A stretch of 64,000 nt of DNA from Alphaproteobacteria bacterium (GTDB lineage: Bacteria > Pseudomonadota > Alphaproteobacteria > UBA9219 > RFNS01). The stretch spans positions 18,004 to 82,003 of the forward strand of contig WGMR01000008.1 of the NCBI GenBank assembly GCA_016124955.1, given 5' to 3'. Position numbers and translations under genes: made by a program. The notes under the pieces are model-generated. The model was not told where the DNA came from, did no database searches, and saw only the letters and a program-made list of their open reading frames with translations. Positions 18,291 to 30,256 of this stretch are shown one piece after another. The stretch's first letter is position 1; every line of letters starts with the position of its first letter.

Positions 18291-19037
18291 ATGGAAAAAA
18301 TCGAAGGGCGGCAAATACGGGGCGCACGCGGACTGTTGGGTTGGAGCGCTGAGCATCTTGCCGAGCGAACCGGTCTGACGCGTCAGGCGATCAAACGCAT
18401 CGAGGATGGCGCGGTGCGCCCGCGCGAAGGAACACTGGCCGACATTATGCGCGTGCTTGACGAGCAGGGCATAGAGTTCAGCGGCAATTCGGGTGTGCGT
18501 TTCAAGCCGCAGGGCGTGGAAGTGCTGACAGGCGACGAAGGCCTGCGCCGGCATTTCGACAATGTCTATGAATATATGTCCAAGCACGGGGGGCTGGTTC
18601 AGCATGTCGGTATGAACGAAATGCAGTTATATAACCACATTAGGTACGAGTTCTCGAGAGTGCATGTTGGCCGTATGATGGATATTGCGGCCGAACGTGA
18701 TGATGTGAATGTACGCGCCATTCTTTGTGAGGGAGATGCATTTTTCGGCAGCGATTATACGGAGTACCGTTGGCAGGCCAGAGGCAGCTATGACGATGTC
18801 GCCTATTATCTCTATGGCGACCGGCTGGCAATCATGTCGTTCGTGGGCGAACCGTCGCCGATTGTCGTGACGCATAAAATTCCGTCCATCGCACAATCTT
18901 ATCGCAGGCAGTTTGAAGCGTTGTGGAAGGACGCCGTTGTCCCGCCCGGCTACAAATTCCGTCGCCCCCGGCCGGGGGACGAAAACAAGGGTGCCGCGCC
19001 AGTCTGGCAGACTGCGGGGGACAAAAGGAAGAGGTAA
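18291..19037 (+). CDS. XRE-family HTH transcriptional regulator with uncharacterised C-terminal domain (paralog of 16436..17077)
   Basis: N-terminal IRGARGLLGWSAEHLAERTGLTRQAIKRIEDG HTH. The C-terminal domain has FFGSDYTEYRW...AYYLYGDRLAIM, aligning with regulator 1, plus a basic C-terminal tail. It ends 1 nt before the tRNA-Gly. Confidence 0.65.
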   Translation: MEKIEGRQIRGARGLLGWSAEHLAERTGLTRQAIKRIEDGAVRPREGTLADIMRVLDEQGIEFSGNSGVRFKPQGVEVLTGDEGLRRHFDNVYEYMSKHGGLVQHVGMNEMQLYNHIRYEFSRVHVGRMMDIAAERDDVNVRAILCEGDAFFGSDYTEYRWQARGSYDDVAYYLYGDRLAIMSFVGEPSPIVVTHKIPSIAQSYRRQFEALWKDAVVPPGYKFRRPRPGDENKGAAPVWQTAGDKRKR

Positions 19038-19038
19038 T

Positions 19039-19112
19039 TGGAGCGGGTGACGGGAATCGAACCCGCGTAGCCAGCTTGGGAAGCTGGAGCTCTACCATTG
19101 AGCTACACCCGC
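19039..19112 (-). tRNA. tRNA-Gly (anticodon CCC)
   Basis: Reverse complement reads GCGGGTGTAGCTCAATGGTAGAGCTCCAGCTTCCCAAGCTGGCTACGCGGGTTCGATTCCCGTCACCCGCTCCA. Cloverleaf folds by eye: 7-bp acceptor, anticodon loop TTCCCAA, T-loop TTCGATT, encoded CCA. Confidence 0.85.
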
Positions 19113-19165
19113 AACTTGGCGCATAATACACTATCTTTTTCCGGCCAAGGCAATAAGCTGTTTCC

Positions 19166-19558
19166 ATGTACACCGCCACAACGCGCGATATCAAAATTAC
19201 CGTCAGGCCCGTTTACCTGGAGGATCAGTCTGCCCCGGCCGACAACCATTTCGTGTGGGCCTATCACGTGAAGATCGAGAATATGGGGCAGGAAACGGTG
19301 CAGCTTCGCAGCCGCGTATGGCGCATCACCGACAGCAAGGGCGAGGTGAACGAGGTGCGCGGCCCCGGCGTGGTGGGCGAACAGCCGACGCTCGAGCCCG
19401 GCGATTATTTCGAATATACAAGCGGCACGCCGCTCGCCACGCCTTCGGGCATTATGGGCGGCACGTACCAGATGGAAAATGAACGCGGCGAGGCGTTCGA
19501 TGTCGTCATCCCCGCCTTTTCGCTCGATAGCCCCTATCAGCTGGTGCGGTTGAACTGA
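19166..19558 (+). CDS. apaG: ApaG (DUF525) protein
   Basis: 130 aa with conserved ApaG signature ([12 protein letters not shown]...[10 protein letters not shown]...[20 protein letters not shown]). Confidence 0.85.
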   Translation: MYTATTRDIKITVRPVYLEDQSAPADNHFVWAYHVKIENMGQETVQLRSRVWRITDSKGEVNEVRGPGVVGEQPTLEPGDYFEYTSGTPLATPSGIMGGTYQMENERGEAFDVVIPAFSLDSPYQLVRLN

Positions 19559-22129
<2,571 letters not shown>

Positions 22130-22176
22130 CTAACTATTTGATTTTCAATATGAAAATGCCGAAGGAAACGCGCTTT

Positions 22177-23130
22177 TCAGGTGGCCGTTGCGCGCGCGCC
22201 AAGCGCCTTATCCAGCAGCCCCGGCAAGCCGCTTTTATCGACCATGTGCGACCACAAAAACGGCGTGGGATCGACCGTACGGTTATCCGGCCAATCGAGC
22301 GTTTCGGGCACGGTATCGAACATGCGTGCGCCGTCTGCCGGCGCCCATAAGGCGTTGATCCCGTACTTTGCCGCCGTTTTACGGTTCATAACCTGATCGT
22401 TGGCGAGGATACGCTGTCCCACCGCGGCGGCATCCAGCATCTTGGTTGGCACCTGCACGATATGCGGGTAATGGGTTGGGAAGTAACAAACGGCGACGCG
22501 TGCATGACGCAGGTTCTCGAACACCTCGTCTTGCGGCATGCGCCCGGCGAAGGTGATATTTTTATACGCCGCATAACGTTCGGTCAGCCAAGGTTCTTGC
22601 TTGCCGGCCAGCAAGAAAGTTTTGTGCGCGCCAAAACGGCGCACGAAGCTATCGAGCATCAGGTGCGATTTGCGCTCGCGCGTAAGCACGCCGGCATAGA
22701 AGAAATCCGGCGCAGGTTTTGCGGTGTCGTGCGATTTGTCGCGTAGCGCGGGCACATAGTCTGGCACGCCGATATCCTGCAAGGCGAAGGGAACGCCGTC
22801 TTTGAAATAACCAAGGTCGTGGATGTAGGGCGTGACGATGCGCAAATCGGGCCGGGCATTGCTGATGCGTTTGATGAAGTTTTTAATGTGCCTGAAAGGC
22901 GGCACGGAAAGCGATTTATAATCGTGAACGGTCAGTGCGGCGGGCAGCTTCTTCGGGTAATAGCCCATCATGTACCAGCAAACCGCCTCATGCAGGTCGG
23001 GCTTTTGTGCGGCGGCGGCGAAGTTCGTTTCCTCGCACTGAAAACGTTTTTCGAAGTAAGTGCAATTCAGCCCGACGCTGGGGTGAAAAACCTTGCTTTC
23101 ATGAATAAAATATATTTTCCGGATGGTCAT
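22177..23130 (-). CDS. Putative glycosyltransferase (GT1/GT4-like C-terminal domain)
   Basis: 317 aa. The C-terminal region (YFPTHYPHIVQVPTKMLDAAAVGQRILAND) loosely matches the GT4 E-x7-E region. No stronger assignment. Confidence 0.45.
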   Translation of the reverse strand: MTIRKIYFIHESKVFHPSVGLNCTYFEKRFQCEETNFAAAAQKPDLHEAVCWYMMGYYPKKLPAALTVHDYKSLSVPPFRHIKNFIKRISNARPDLRIVTPYIHDLGYFKDGVPFALQDIGVPDYVPALRDKSHDTAKPAPDFFYAGVLTRERKSHLMLDSFVRRFGAHKTFLLAGKQEPWLTERYAAYKNITFAGRMPQDEVFENLRHARVAVCYFPTHYPHIVQVPTKMLDAAAVGQRILANDQVMNRKTAAKYGINALWAPADGARMFDTVPETLDWPDNRTVDPTPFLWSHMVDKSGLPGLLDKALGARATAT

Positions 23131-23156
23131 GCTCTGCCACTTTCGCAGCAGTCATA

Positions 23157-23672
23157 TCAGGCGGCGGTGCTCTGCGCAACGGCGGAACAATTGACGATCA
23201 GCGGTTGATAATGCAACGCATTTACGAATCTGAGCAGATCGGCGCTGGCTATCGTCGTGGAATGGTCGTTCCGCAGCGGGTGATAGTTGACATAGGGGCT
23301 TTGCAGCATGCTTTGATCAAGCACGGGCGTGACTCTGCGCGATTGGTCGTTGATGAGCGCGAAAGGCGGCACCGAGCCGGGCGTGACCCCCAGAACTTCC
23401 ATCAGCAAATCGGGCTTCCCGAACGATAACCGCGCGGCCCCGATGATTTTTTCGATCTGGCCAAGATCGGCGCGTGCTGCGGCGGGCATCACAACAAGCC
23501 AGATTTTGCCCTTTTTGTCTTTCAGGAAAAGATTCTTGCAATGCAGCCCGTCCACCAGCGGCCAGACGTCCTTGCCATCCTCCACCGTAAAAACCGGGCG
23601 GTGGGAAATCGTTTTATGCGTGATGCCGAGCTGATCGAGAAAGGCGAACAGCTCATCTTTTGTGGTCGGCAT
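23157..23672 (-). CDS. YbaK/ProX-type aminoacyl-tRNA deacylase domain protein
   Basis: 171 aa. YbaK/prolyl-tRNA-synthetase-associated domain pattern (HCKNLFLKDKKGKIWLVV...). Confidence 0.65.
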   Translation of the reverse strand: MPTTKDELFAFLDQLGITHKTISHRPVFTVEDGKDVWPLVDGLHCKNLFLKDKKGKIWLVVMPAAARADLGQIEKIIGAARLSFGKPDLLMEVLGVTPGSVPPFALINDQSRRVTPVLDQSMLQSPYVNYHPLRNDHSTTIASADLLRFVNALHYQPLIVNCSAVAQSTAA

Positions 23673-23687
23673 GGGACATCCCGAAGG

Positions 23688-24764
23688 TTATGAGCAGGCA
23701 GGATCGTCGCCCGCACAATTTACCACAGGTGCCCACAAAACGTCATCGATAATCTCGGTGCCCGCGCAAAGCATCGCAAGCCTATCGAATCCAAGCGCAA
23801 TTCCGGCCGAAGGCGGCATGCCGTGTTCGAGCGCGGCGATAAAATCTTCGTCGATCGGGTGCCGCTCGCCGTAAAATTTTTCCTTAAGCGCCATATCGGC
23901 GATGAAGCGTGCGCGCTGTTCTACCGGGTCGGTCAGCTCGCCAAAGGCGTTGGCGAGCTCGAGCCCGCAGATGTAAAGTTCGAACCGTTCGGCAAGCCGC
24001 GGGTTTTCCGGCTTCGGCCGCGCCAGCGCTGCCATGCTGACGGGGTAATCGCACAAAAAGGTCGGCCTGCCGTTCCCGAGTCTGGGTTCGATTTTCTCGA
24101 ACATGATGCGGAAGAAAATATCATCCCATGTGTCGGTTTCCGCCACGCGCACGCCGGTGCGTTCCGCTTCGCGCGCCAGCAGCGTGCGGTCGGGGCTGGC
24201 CGGGTCGGGGGCGGTCGCAAGCAGATCGATCCCGGCCATGCTTGCAAAAGCTTCGGCCACGCCAAGCGTCTCCCACTCCGCCGTCACGTCGCATGACATG
24301 CCGCGAAACTGCATGCGCGTCCGCCCTGCGGCGGCGGCGCAGCCGCGCACGAGCTGCACACAATCCCGCATCAAATCGCGGTAGCCGGCGTTTGCGCGGT
24401 ACCACTCAAGCATCGTGAATTCCGGGTGGTGCGTGGCGGACCGTTCGCGGTTGCGCCACACCCGCGCCATTTGGAAAATACGCGGCATCCCGGCCACCAG
24501 CAGCTTCTTCATCGCGAATTCAGGGCTGGTATGCAGGTAAAGCTGCTTTTGGCCGCCCTGCGCGCCTAGCAGCGTGGTCGCGAAGGCGTGCAGATGAACC
24601 TCCATGCCCGGCGATATCTGCAGATAGGGCGTTTCCGCCTCATGGAACTTTTCGCCCGCGAAAAAGGCACGCGTGGTTTGCACGATGCGTTCGCGGGTTT
24701 GCAAGTAGGGCAGGCGGCGGGCGAATGCGTCCGGCCGCCACCATGGTGCGGTCGGCGCTGCCAT
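23688..24764 (-). CDS. epmA: EF-P--(R)-beta-lysine ligase (class II LysRS paralog, PoxA/GenX)
   Basis: 358 aa. Class II aaRS core motifs in the LysRS-like arrangement, without an anticodon-binding domain. Confidence 0.75.
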   Translation of the reverse strand: MAAPTAPWWRPDAFARRLPYLQTRERIVQTTRAFFAGEKFHEAETPYLQISPGMEVHLHAFATTLLGAQGGQKQLYLHTSPEFAMKKLLVAGMPRIFQMARVWRNRERSATHHPEFTMLEWYRANAGYRDLMRDCVQLVRGCAAAAGRTRMQFRGMSCDVTAEWETLGVAEAFASMAGIDLLATAPDPASPDRTLLAREAERTGVRVAETDTWDDIFFRIMFEKIEPRLGNGRPTFLCDYPVSMAALARPKPENPRLAERFELYICGLELANAFGELTDPVEQRARFIADMALKEKFYGERHPIDEDFIAALEHGMPPSAGIALGFDRLAMLCAGTEIIDDVLWAPVVNCAGDDPACS

Positions 24765-24832
24765 GCGGGTGATCCTTCGGGGATTTATGTCTTGGGGAAG
24801 TTAGGCCGGGCGCGCGCGCCGGGCAAGGCCGG

Positions 24833-25486
24833 TTAGAACTTGAACTTCATGCCGAGATCGAGCACTTGCAGATCGACCTGGTCGTTCTGGTTGCGGCCGG
24901 TAAAGGTGGTGGTATCGCCACCCGAAAAACCGGCCTTGTAGTTGAGCGAAAGGTCCCAATCCTTGCCGAGGCGGTAAACCACGCCGCCGCCGACGCGGAA
25001 CAGCGGGACCATATCCCCGCCGCGCAGATTGGTGCGGCTGCCCACTGGGGCATCGGCCATTGCCATGCCGACGCCGCCGCCGACATAAGGCGAAATCGGG
25101 AGGCCGGTGCCGAAATCATAGTTGAAGTCATAGCTGCCATCGATCAGCAGCGCATAAACGCGCTGATCGCCTTCCAGCTCCGCCAAACGGTCGGTGCTGA
25201 AATCGCCGATCACGCCAAGGCCGCCGACGCCGCGGTTGGCCGATGTATCGTTGCCCGAAGCGCGGCCGGAAAAGAAGCTGCTGGAAAGGCTGAAGCCGTG
25301 GCTGGATTGGTCTTCGCGTGCGAACAGAACGGTTGCTGCGCCGCTGGTCAAAGCCTGACTAAGCGCGTCACTATCTGAGCTGATCGCCGCTTGTGCGGGC
25401 GCGGGTAGCACAAAACACATTCCCGCCAAGCCGAGAACGGCAAGGGCGCGGCGCGCAGTGAGGCAATGTGCAATAACGCGATTCAT
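24833..25486 (-). CDS. Outer-membrane beta-barrel protein (OmpW/opacity-porin-like)
   Basis: A signal peptide starts at the MNRVIAHCL ATG at 25486. The rest has alternating beta-strand pattern and a C-terminal aromatic ...MKFKF. Confidence 0.55.
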   Translation of the reverse strand: MNRVIAHCLTARRALAVLGLAGMCFVLPAPAQAAISSDSDALSQALTSGAATVLFAREDQSSHGFSLSSSFFSGRASGNDTSANRGVGGLGVIGDFSTDRLAELEGDQRVYALLIDGSYDFNYDFGTGLPISPYVGGGVGMAMADAPVGSRTNLRGGDMVPLFRVGGGVVYRLGKDWDLSLNYKAGFSGGDTTTFTGRNQNDQVDLQVLDLGMKFKF

Positions 25487-25689
25487 TTCAATGCCTTGGC
25501 TGTCGTATCGGGCATAATAACGCCTATTATGGTTAATCACAATAAACCATATGGGTTAACAACGTGTTTCATGCATGCATGAAAAAGCCCGCTATTTGCA
25601 GGCTTCTATGGTTAGCGGGGCCTATGTATTGTGCCTGCGCGGCCTGTTGTTGCGTTTTCGCAACAAAAACACCATGCGCGTAACGAATG

Positions 25690-27645
25690 TTAATGGGCGA
25701 TGGAGCTGGCCAGCTTGATATTGCTGGCGGCCATGACTTCGCGGGTTTTCTTGACCACGGCCGGCATGAACTGGGCGCGGGGCCATTCGCCCTGCGCCAG
25801 CTCGGCCAGCGAGGTCAGAGGCTGTTCAAGCTGTGCGCGATAGATCCAGTAGTTGGCCAGCACATGTTCGATATAGTCGCGGGTTTCGCGCACCGGCAGG
25901 CTTTCAACGAACAAAAGCGGGTCGTCGCCGTAATTCGTGTCGCGCATCCAGCGTGCCAGCTTCGAAGGGCCGCTGTTATATGCCGTCAGCAGCATCAGAA
26001 GGTTGTTGTTGATCTGCGGGCGCGCGGCGAGGTGGCCGACATAGCGTTGCCCGAGCGAGATATTGATCACCGGGTCGAACAGGTGGCTTTCGTCCGCTTG
26101 CAGCTTGCTGCCGGCCATGACGCTGGCGGTGCGCGGCATAAGCTGCATCAGGCCGCGCGCGCCGCGGTAGCTTTTCGCGCCGGGCTCGAAGCGGGATTCA
26201 TGCCGCATCATGGCATACAAAAGTGCCTGGTCGCCCACGAAGCCCTGCGCCGGCTGCCATGGCGGCACCGGATAGAGCGCGGCGTCATAAAATTCACCCA
26301 TCGCCGGGCGGATGCTGCTGCCCAGCTGCATCAGCAGCGCGGGCATGCCGCTTTCGTGCGCGACCGCCAGCATCGCTTCCTGTAGCGCATCGTCATTGCC
26401 CGGGTGCAGGCGGCGAAGTTCGGCCTCCGCGAGATCCTTTTCCCCCACCTGCAGCAGCGCGAGCGCGCGCCAGCCCGCGGGCTTGGCCGCAAGCGCGCGC
26501 AGCTGCCTGCTGCCAAGGCGCGGCAGATCGAAGCTAAGTGCTATGTCGTGGCCCAGCGCCTGCTGCGCCAGCATGCCGTAGAAGGTACGCTTTTGCTCCG
26601 CCGCCTTTTCCAGCATGGCGCGCGCGCCGCTATCGTCGCCCAGCACGGTCCGCGCCCGCGCGGCCCAGAAACCTGCGGCGGCGCTATCCCAGCTTGCAAT
26701 ATCGTCGTTGGCCGAAAGCGCGCTGAACATCCGGTCCGCGCGCGCGTAATCCTGTTGCCGCCACGCGACCAGCCCGCTGATCCACTGCGCTAACGGAATA
26801 ATTTCCGTCCGGCCTTCCAGGGTGGTTACGGCCTTATCGTCGATCCCTTCGAAGTAATAGCTGGCGGCGATGGCGGCGCGTACATGCGCTTCGAATGCGG
26901 GCGCGAGCCGGCGCTGCTTCAGCGCCGCTTCAAGCGTGCGCAGCGCCTGGCTCGGCCGCGTCAGGCGGATCAGTTCGTTCACGCGCTCGGCCAGTTGCTT
27001 GTCGTCGCTGCGCAGCTTCACATTTTCGTATGCCAGCGGCACGGTGGCGGAGAAGCTGGGCTCGCGTTCGGGGAAGCGGGCCCTGATCGTGTTTCCGGTA
27101 GTCGGTTCGGGCGGCAGCGGGTCGGCGTTGCCGCGCAGCGCCAGCGCCCTTGTATAGATGGTAAGCGCCTGCGGCAGGCCGCTGTAATGCTTCAGCCACT
27201 GGCGCAAATGCTTGTAATCGACACAGCAATGGGCGCTTACATAGCGTTCCCCGAGCGCAACGCCCACAAGCCCGCGGTTATCAACCTCGCCGGCCAGATC
27301 CTTGATTGCGTCGTCGTCGCCGTTGCGTACGGCTTCAAACAGCGCACGGTATTTCGCGGTGTCGCCGCTGCTCAGCTGGCGGGCATTGCGCGGAAGGCTC
27401 TCGTCGCTTTCGAAGGAAGGCAGGTGTAGCGAAACCAGCTTGAGCAGATCGTGCGCCCGCACGGAAAAACTGCGCGCGCCTTCGCTCACCGTTCCTGCCT
27501 CGATGCCCGCGTGCCGTTCCGGCAGCGGTGCATTTTGTGTGGCGGTGTTGATCGAAGAACCCGTTTGGAGCAGCGGCAAACCTAGCGCGCAAATAAAACC
27601 CGTGATGGCTCCGAAACGAGAGAAGTTAAACTTCACTAATTTCAT
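25690..27645 (-). CDS. slt: Soluble lytic murein transglycosylase (Slt70 family)
   Basis: 651 aa. Superhelical N-terminal region plus a C-terminal SLT domain with the catalytic ESRFEPGAKSYRGARGLMQLMP motif. Confidence 0.85.
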   Translation of the reverse strand: MKLVKFNFSRFGAITGFICALGLPLLQTGSSINTATQNAPLPERHAGIEAGTVSEGARSFSVRAHDLLKLVSLHLPSFESDESLPRNARQLSSGDTAKYRALFEAVRNGDDDAIKDLAGEVDNRGLVGVALGERYVSAHCCVDYKHLRQWLKHYSGLPQALTIYTRALALRGNADPLPPEPTTGNTIRARFPEREPSFSATVPLAYENVKLRSDDKQLAERVNELIRLTRPSQALRTLEAALKQRRLAPAFEAHVRAAIAASYYFEGIDDKAVTTLEGRTEIIPLAQWISGLVAWRQQDYARADRMFSALSANDDIASWDSAAAGFWAARARTVLGDDSGARAMLEKAAEQKRTFYGMLAQQALGHDIALSFDLPRLGSRQLRALAAKPAGWRALALLQVGEKDLAEAELRRLHPGNDDALQEAMLAVAHESGMPALLMQLGSSIRPAMGEFYDAALYPVPPWQPAQGFVGDQALLYAMMRHESRFEPGAKSYRGARGLMQLMPRTASVMAGSKLQADESHLFDPVINISLGQRYVGHLAARPQINNNLLMLLTAYNSGPSKLARWMRDTNYGDDPLLFVESLPVRETRDYIEHVLANYWIYRAQLEQPLTSLAELAQGEWPRAQFMPAVVKKTREVMAASNIKLASSIAH

Positions 27646-27725
27646 GGAGCAAGTGACTACCGGGGCGGGACCCGGCAGGCAAGGCTGAAAATACTGTCAT
27701 GCATGGTTAAGCGTTAACCTTTAGC

Positions 27726-28532
27726 CTAAATCAATATGTTGTGCTCTGAAATAAATTTTTTGATCTTAACCATATCGGCCCATGCTTGGCGCTTTGCGGG
27801 CGCTTGGCGCAGCAAATAGGCCGGGTGAAAAACCGGCAGAGTCGGGATCGGTTTTTCCGCGCCGGGCGGCAAATATTCGGCCCACTGTCCGCGTATCTTG
27901 GTGATGCCGGTTTGCGTGCGCAGCAAAGTCTTCACCGCTACGCCGCCAAGCAGCACCAGAAGCTTCGGCTGCTTCAGCGCGATATGCCGTTCCGCGAACG
28001 GCAGGCAGGATGCGATCTCGGTGTCGGTAGGTGAACGGTTGCCCGGCGGGCGCCAGAACAGGATGTTGCTTATATAGACATTCTTTTTGCGGCTGAGTCC
28101 GATGCTTTCCAGCATGCGGTCAAGCAACTGACCGCTTACCCCCACGAAGGGCAAGCCCTGCCTGTCTTCATCCTCGCCCGGCGCTTCGCCTACAAGCATG
28201 ATTTCGGCCTGCGGGTTGCCGTCCGCAAATACAAGGTTCATTGCCGTTTGTTTCAGCGCGCAGCCGTCAAAGGCGGCCACTTCTTCACGCAAAGCTTCGA
28301 TCGTCTGCGCCTTGATGGCGGCATCCGGTGCGGCGGGCCGGAACAGCACGGGCGGCGCGCTTTGTGCCGCGCGCGCGGTCGCAGCAGGGGTCGGGGCTAA
28401 CGCAGAGGGGGCAGGGGCGGTATCTGGCCGCTTCCAGTTCTGCAGCCCGGCTTCCCCGTCTATCGCTTCGTCGGCCCCGGCTTCGATCTGCCAATCCAGC
28501 GCGGCCTTCAGATATTGCATGTTCGCCATCAT
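27726..28532 (-). CDS. Uracil-DNA glycosylase, family 4 (with low-complexity N-terminal extension)
   Basis: Family-4 UDG motifs [17 protein letters not shown] and a C-terminal HPAYLLR-type segment. Confidence 0.8.
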   Translation of the reverse strand: MMANMQYLKAALDWQIEAGADEAIDGEAGLQNWKRPDTAPAPSALAPTPAATARAAQSAPPVLFRPAAPDAAIKAQTIEALREEVAAFDGCALKQTAMNLVFADGNPQAEIMLVGEAPGEDEDRQGLPFVGVSGQLLDRMLESIGLSRKKNVYISNILFWRPPGNRSPTDTEIASCLPFAERHIALKQPKLLVLLGGVAVKTLLRTQTGITKIRGQWAEYLPPGAEKPIPTLPVFHPAYLLRQAPAKRQAWADMVKIKKFISEHNILI

Positions 28533-28615
28533 ACCGATTCCTTAGCACACCCGGCGCGATTTTGCAGAGTTGCGAATTTTGCCATACACTTGTTCCAACA
28601 AATCAGGGAGGCAGG

Positions 28616-30256
28616 GTGTCCGAACAACAAGCGCGCGAAGCGATGGATTATGATGTGGTGGTTGTTGGCGCCGGGCCTGCCGGGCTTTCCTGTGCCATTC
28701 GCATCAAGCAGGCCGCCGCGGCGCAGGGCAAGGATATCAGCGTATGCGTGATCGAAAAGGGCGCCGAGGTTGGCGCCCATTTGCTTTCCGGCGCAGTGTT
28801 CGAGCCGCGCGCGCTGAACGAGCTGTTTCCGAACTGGCGCGAAAAGGGCGCGCCGCTGCGCGTTCCGGTGAAAAGCGACAGTTTTTATTTCCTGACCGCG
28901 AAAAACGCGTTTCCCATGCCGACGCCGCCCGTGCTGCACAACCGCGGCAACTATATCATCAGCCTGGTTCAGCTCGCCAAATGGCTCGCGGCGCAGGCGG
29001 AAGAGCTGGGCGTGGAAATCTATCCCGGCTTTGCAGCCGCCGAAATTCTCTATAACGAAGCCGGTGCGGTTTGCGGCGTGGCCACGGGCGATCAGGGCAT
29101 CGGCAAGAACGGCCAGCCGACCGAACGTTTCACGCGCGGCATGGAATTGCGCGCAAAACAAACCGTGTTCGCCGAAGGTTGCCGCGGCTCGCTCACCAAG
29201 ATGCTATTCGAACGTTTCAAGCTGCGCGAAAAATCCGATCCGCAAACCTACGGCCTCGGTATCAAGGAAGTGTGGGAGATCGATCCCGCCAAACATAAGC
29301 AAGGCGCGGTGATGCACACCGTCGGCTGGCCGCTCGATAGCCGGACCTATGGCGGCTCGTGGCTCTATCACTGGGATAACAACATGGTCTCGGTCGGGTT
29401 CGTTGTCGGGCTCGATTACGCCAACCCCTATCTTTCGCCGTTCGAAGAATTCCAGCGCTTCAAGCATCACCCCGCCATTGCCGCCGTGCTGGCGGGCGGC
29501 AAGCGCATCGCCTATGGTGCGCGCGCCATCAGCGAAGGGGGGCTGCAATCGCTGCCCAAGCTTACCTTCCCGGGCGGGTTGCTGATCGGCGATGCCGCCG
29601 GCTTCGTTAATGTTCCCAAGATCAAGGGCAATCACACCGCTATGAAATCGGGCATGCTGGCGGGCGAAGCACTGGCCGACCATTTCGGCCATGCCAGCGA
29701 CCAGACGGAGGTAACGGATTACCCGCACCGCCTGCAAAACAGCTGGCTGTGGGATGAATTGCACGGCGTGCGCAACATACGCCCGGCTTTCGCATGCGGC
29801 TTGTTGCCCGGGCTTATCTATTCGGGGCTGGAACTTTTCCTTTTGCGCGGCCGGGGGCCGTGGACGTTGCGCAACCATGCCGACCATAAGCAACTGCGCC
29901 CGGCGTCGGAATGCAGCCGCATCGATTACCCCAAGCCTGACGGCACGCTAAGCTTCGACAGGCTTTCGTCCGTGTTTCTTTCCGGGACCAATCATGAAGA
30001 AGATCAGCCCGCACATCTGAAATTGATCGAACACAGCAAGGCGATTGCGCTCAATCACCAAAAATACGGTTCGCCCGAAACGCGTTATTGCCCGGCGGGC
30101 GTTTATGAAGTGGTTGAGGAAGCGGGCGCGCCGAAATTCGTGATCAATGCGCAAAACTGCGTGCATTGCAAAAGCTGCGATATCAAGGACCCGGATCAGA
30201 ACATCAACTGGACGGTGCCCGAAGGCGGCGGCGGCCCGAATTACCAGATTATGTAG
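28616..30256 (+). CDS. Electron-transfer flavoprotein:ubiquinone oxidoreductase (ETF-QO)
   Basis: A GTG start at 28616 is preceded by a GGGAGG SD. FAD-binding DVVVVGAGPAGL motif and a C-terminal 4Fe-4S ferredoxin-like CxxCxxC motif (CVHCKSCDIKDP). Confidence 0.9.
   Translation: MSEQQAREAMDYDVVVVGAGPAGLSCAIRIKQAAAAQGKDISVCVIEKGAEVGAHLLSGAVFEPRALNELFPNWREKGAPLRVPVKSDSFYFLTAKNAFPMPTPPVLHNRGNYIISLVQLAKWLAAQAEELGVEIYPGFAAAEILYNEAGAVCGVATGDQGIGKNGQPTERFTRGMELRAKQTVFAEGCRGSLTKMLFERFKLREKSDPQTYGLGIKEVWEIDPAKHKQGAVMHTVGWPLDSRTYGGSWLYHWDNNMVSVGFVVGLDYANPYLSPFEEFQRFKHHPAIAAVLAGGKRIAYGARAISEGGLQSLPKLTFPGGLLIGDAAGFVNVPKIKGNHTAMKSGMLAGEALADHFGHASDQTEVTDYPHRLQNSWLWDELHGVRNIRPAFACGLLPGLIYSGLELFLLRGRGPWTLRNHADHKQLRPASECSRIDYPKPDGTLSFDRLSSVFLSGTNHEEDQPAHLKLIEHSKAIALNHQKYGSPETRYCPAGVYEVVEEAGAPKFVINAQNCVHCKSCDIKDPDQNINWTVPEGGGGPNYQIM

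Larger units (their letters stand above)
15080..19038. other. AT-rich islet of uncharacterised genes between ugd and tRNA-Gly(CCC)
   Basis: Intergenic stretches are very AT-rich; I counted 13 G/C in 60 nt at 15081-15140. Coding regions are about 50% GC by eye versus about 65-70% in flanking genes. No integrase or transposase was seen. Confidence 0.6.

Noticed and set aside
25640-25670. Hairpin gttgcg-tttt-cgcaac between the outer-membrane barrel gene and slt as a candidate terminator
   Set aside because: The T-tract precedes and does not follow the stem for either transcription direction; it follows with A residues. It is not a convincing intrinsic terminator.
27690-27715. GGTTAAGCGTTAACC and other TTAA-containing motifs as CtrA boxes
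   Set aside because: Spacing between TTAA half-sites is 3 or 8 nt and not the N7 of the CtrA consensus. Treated as generic AT-rich promoter sequence.
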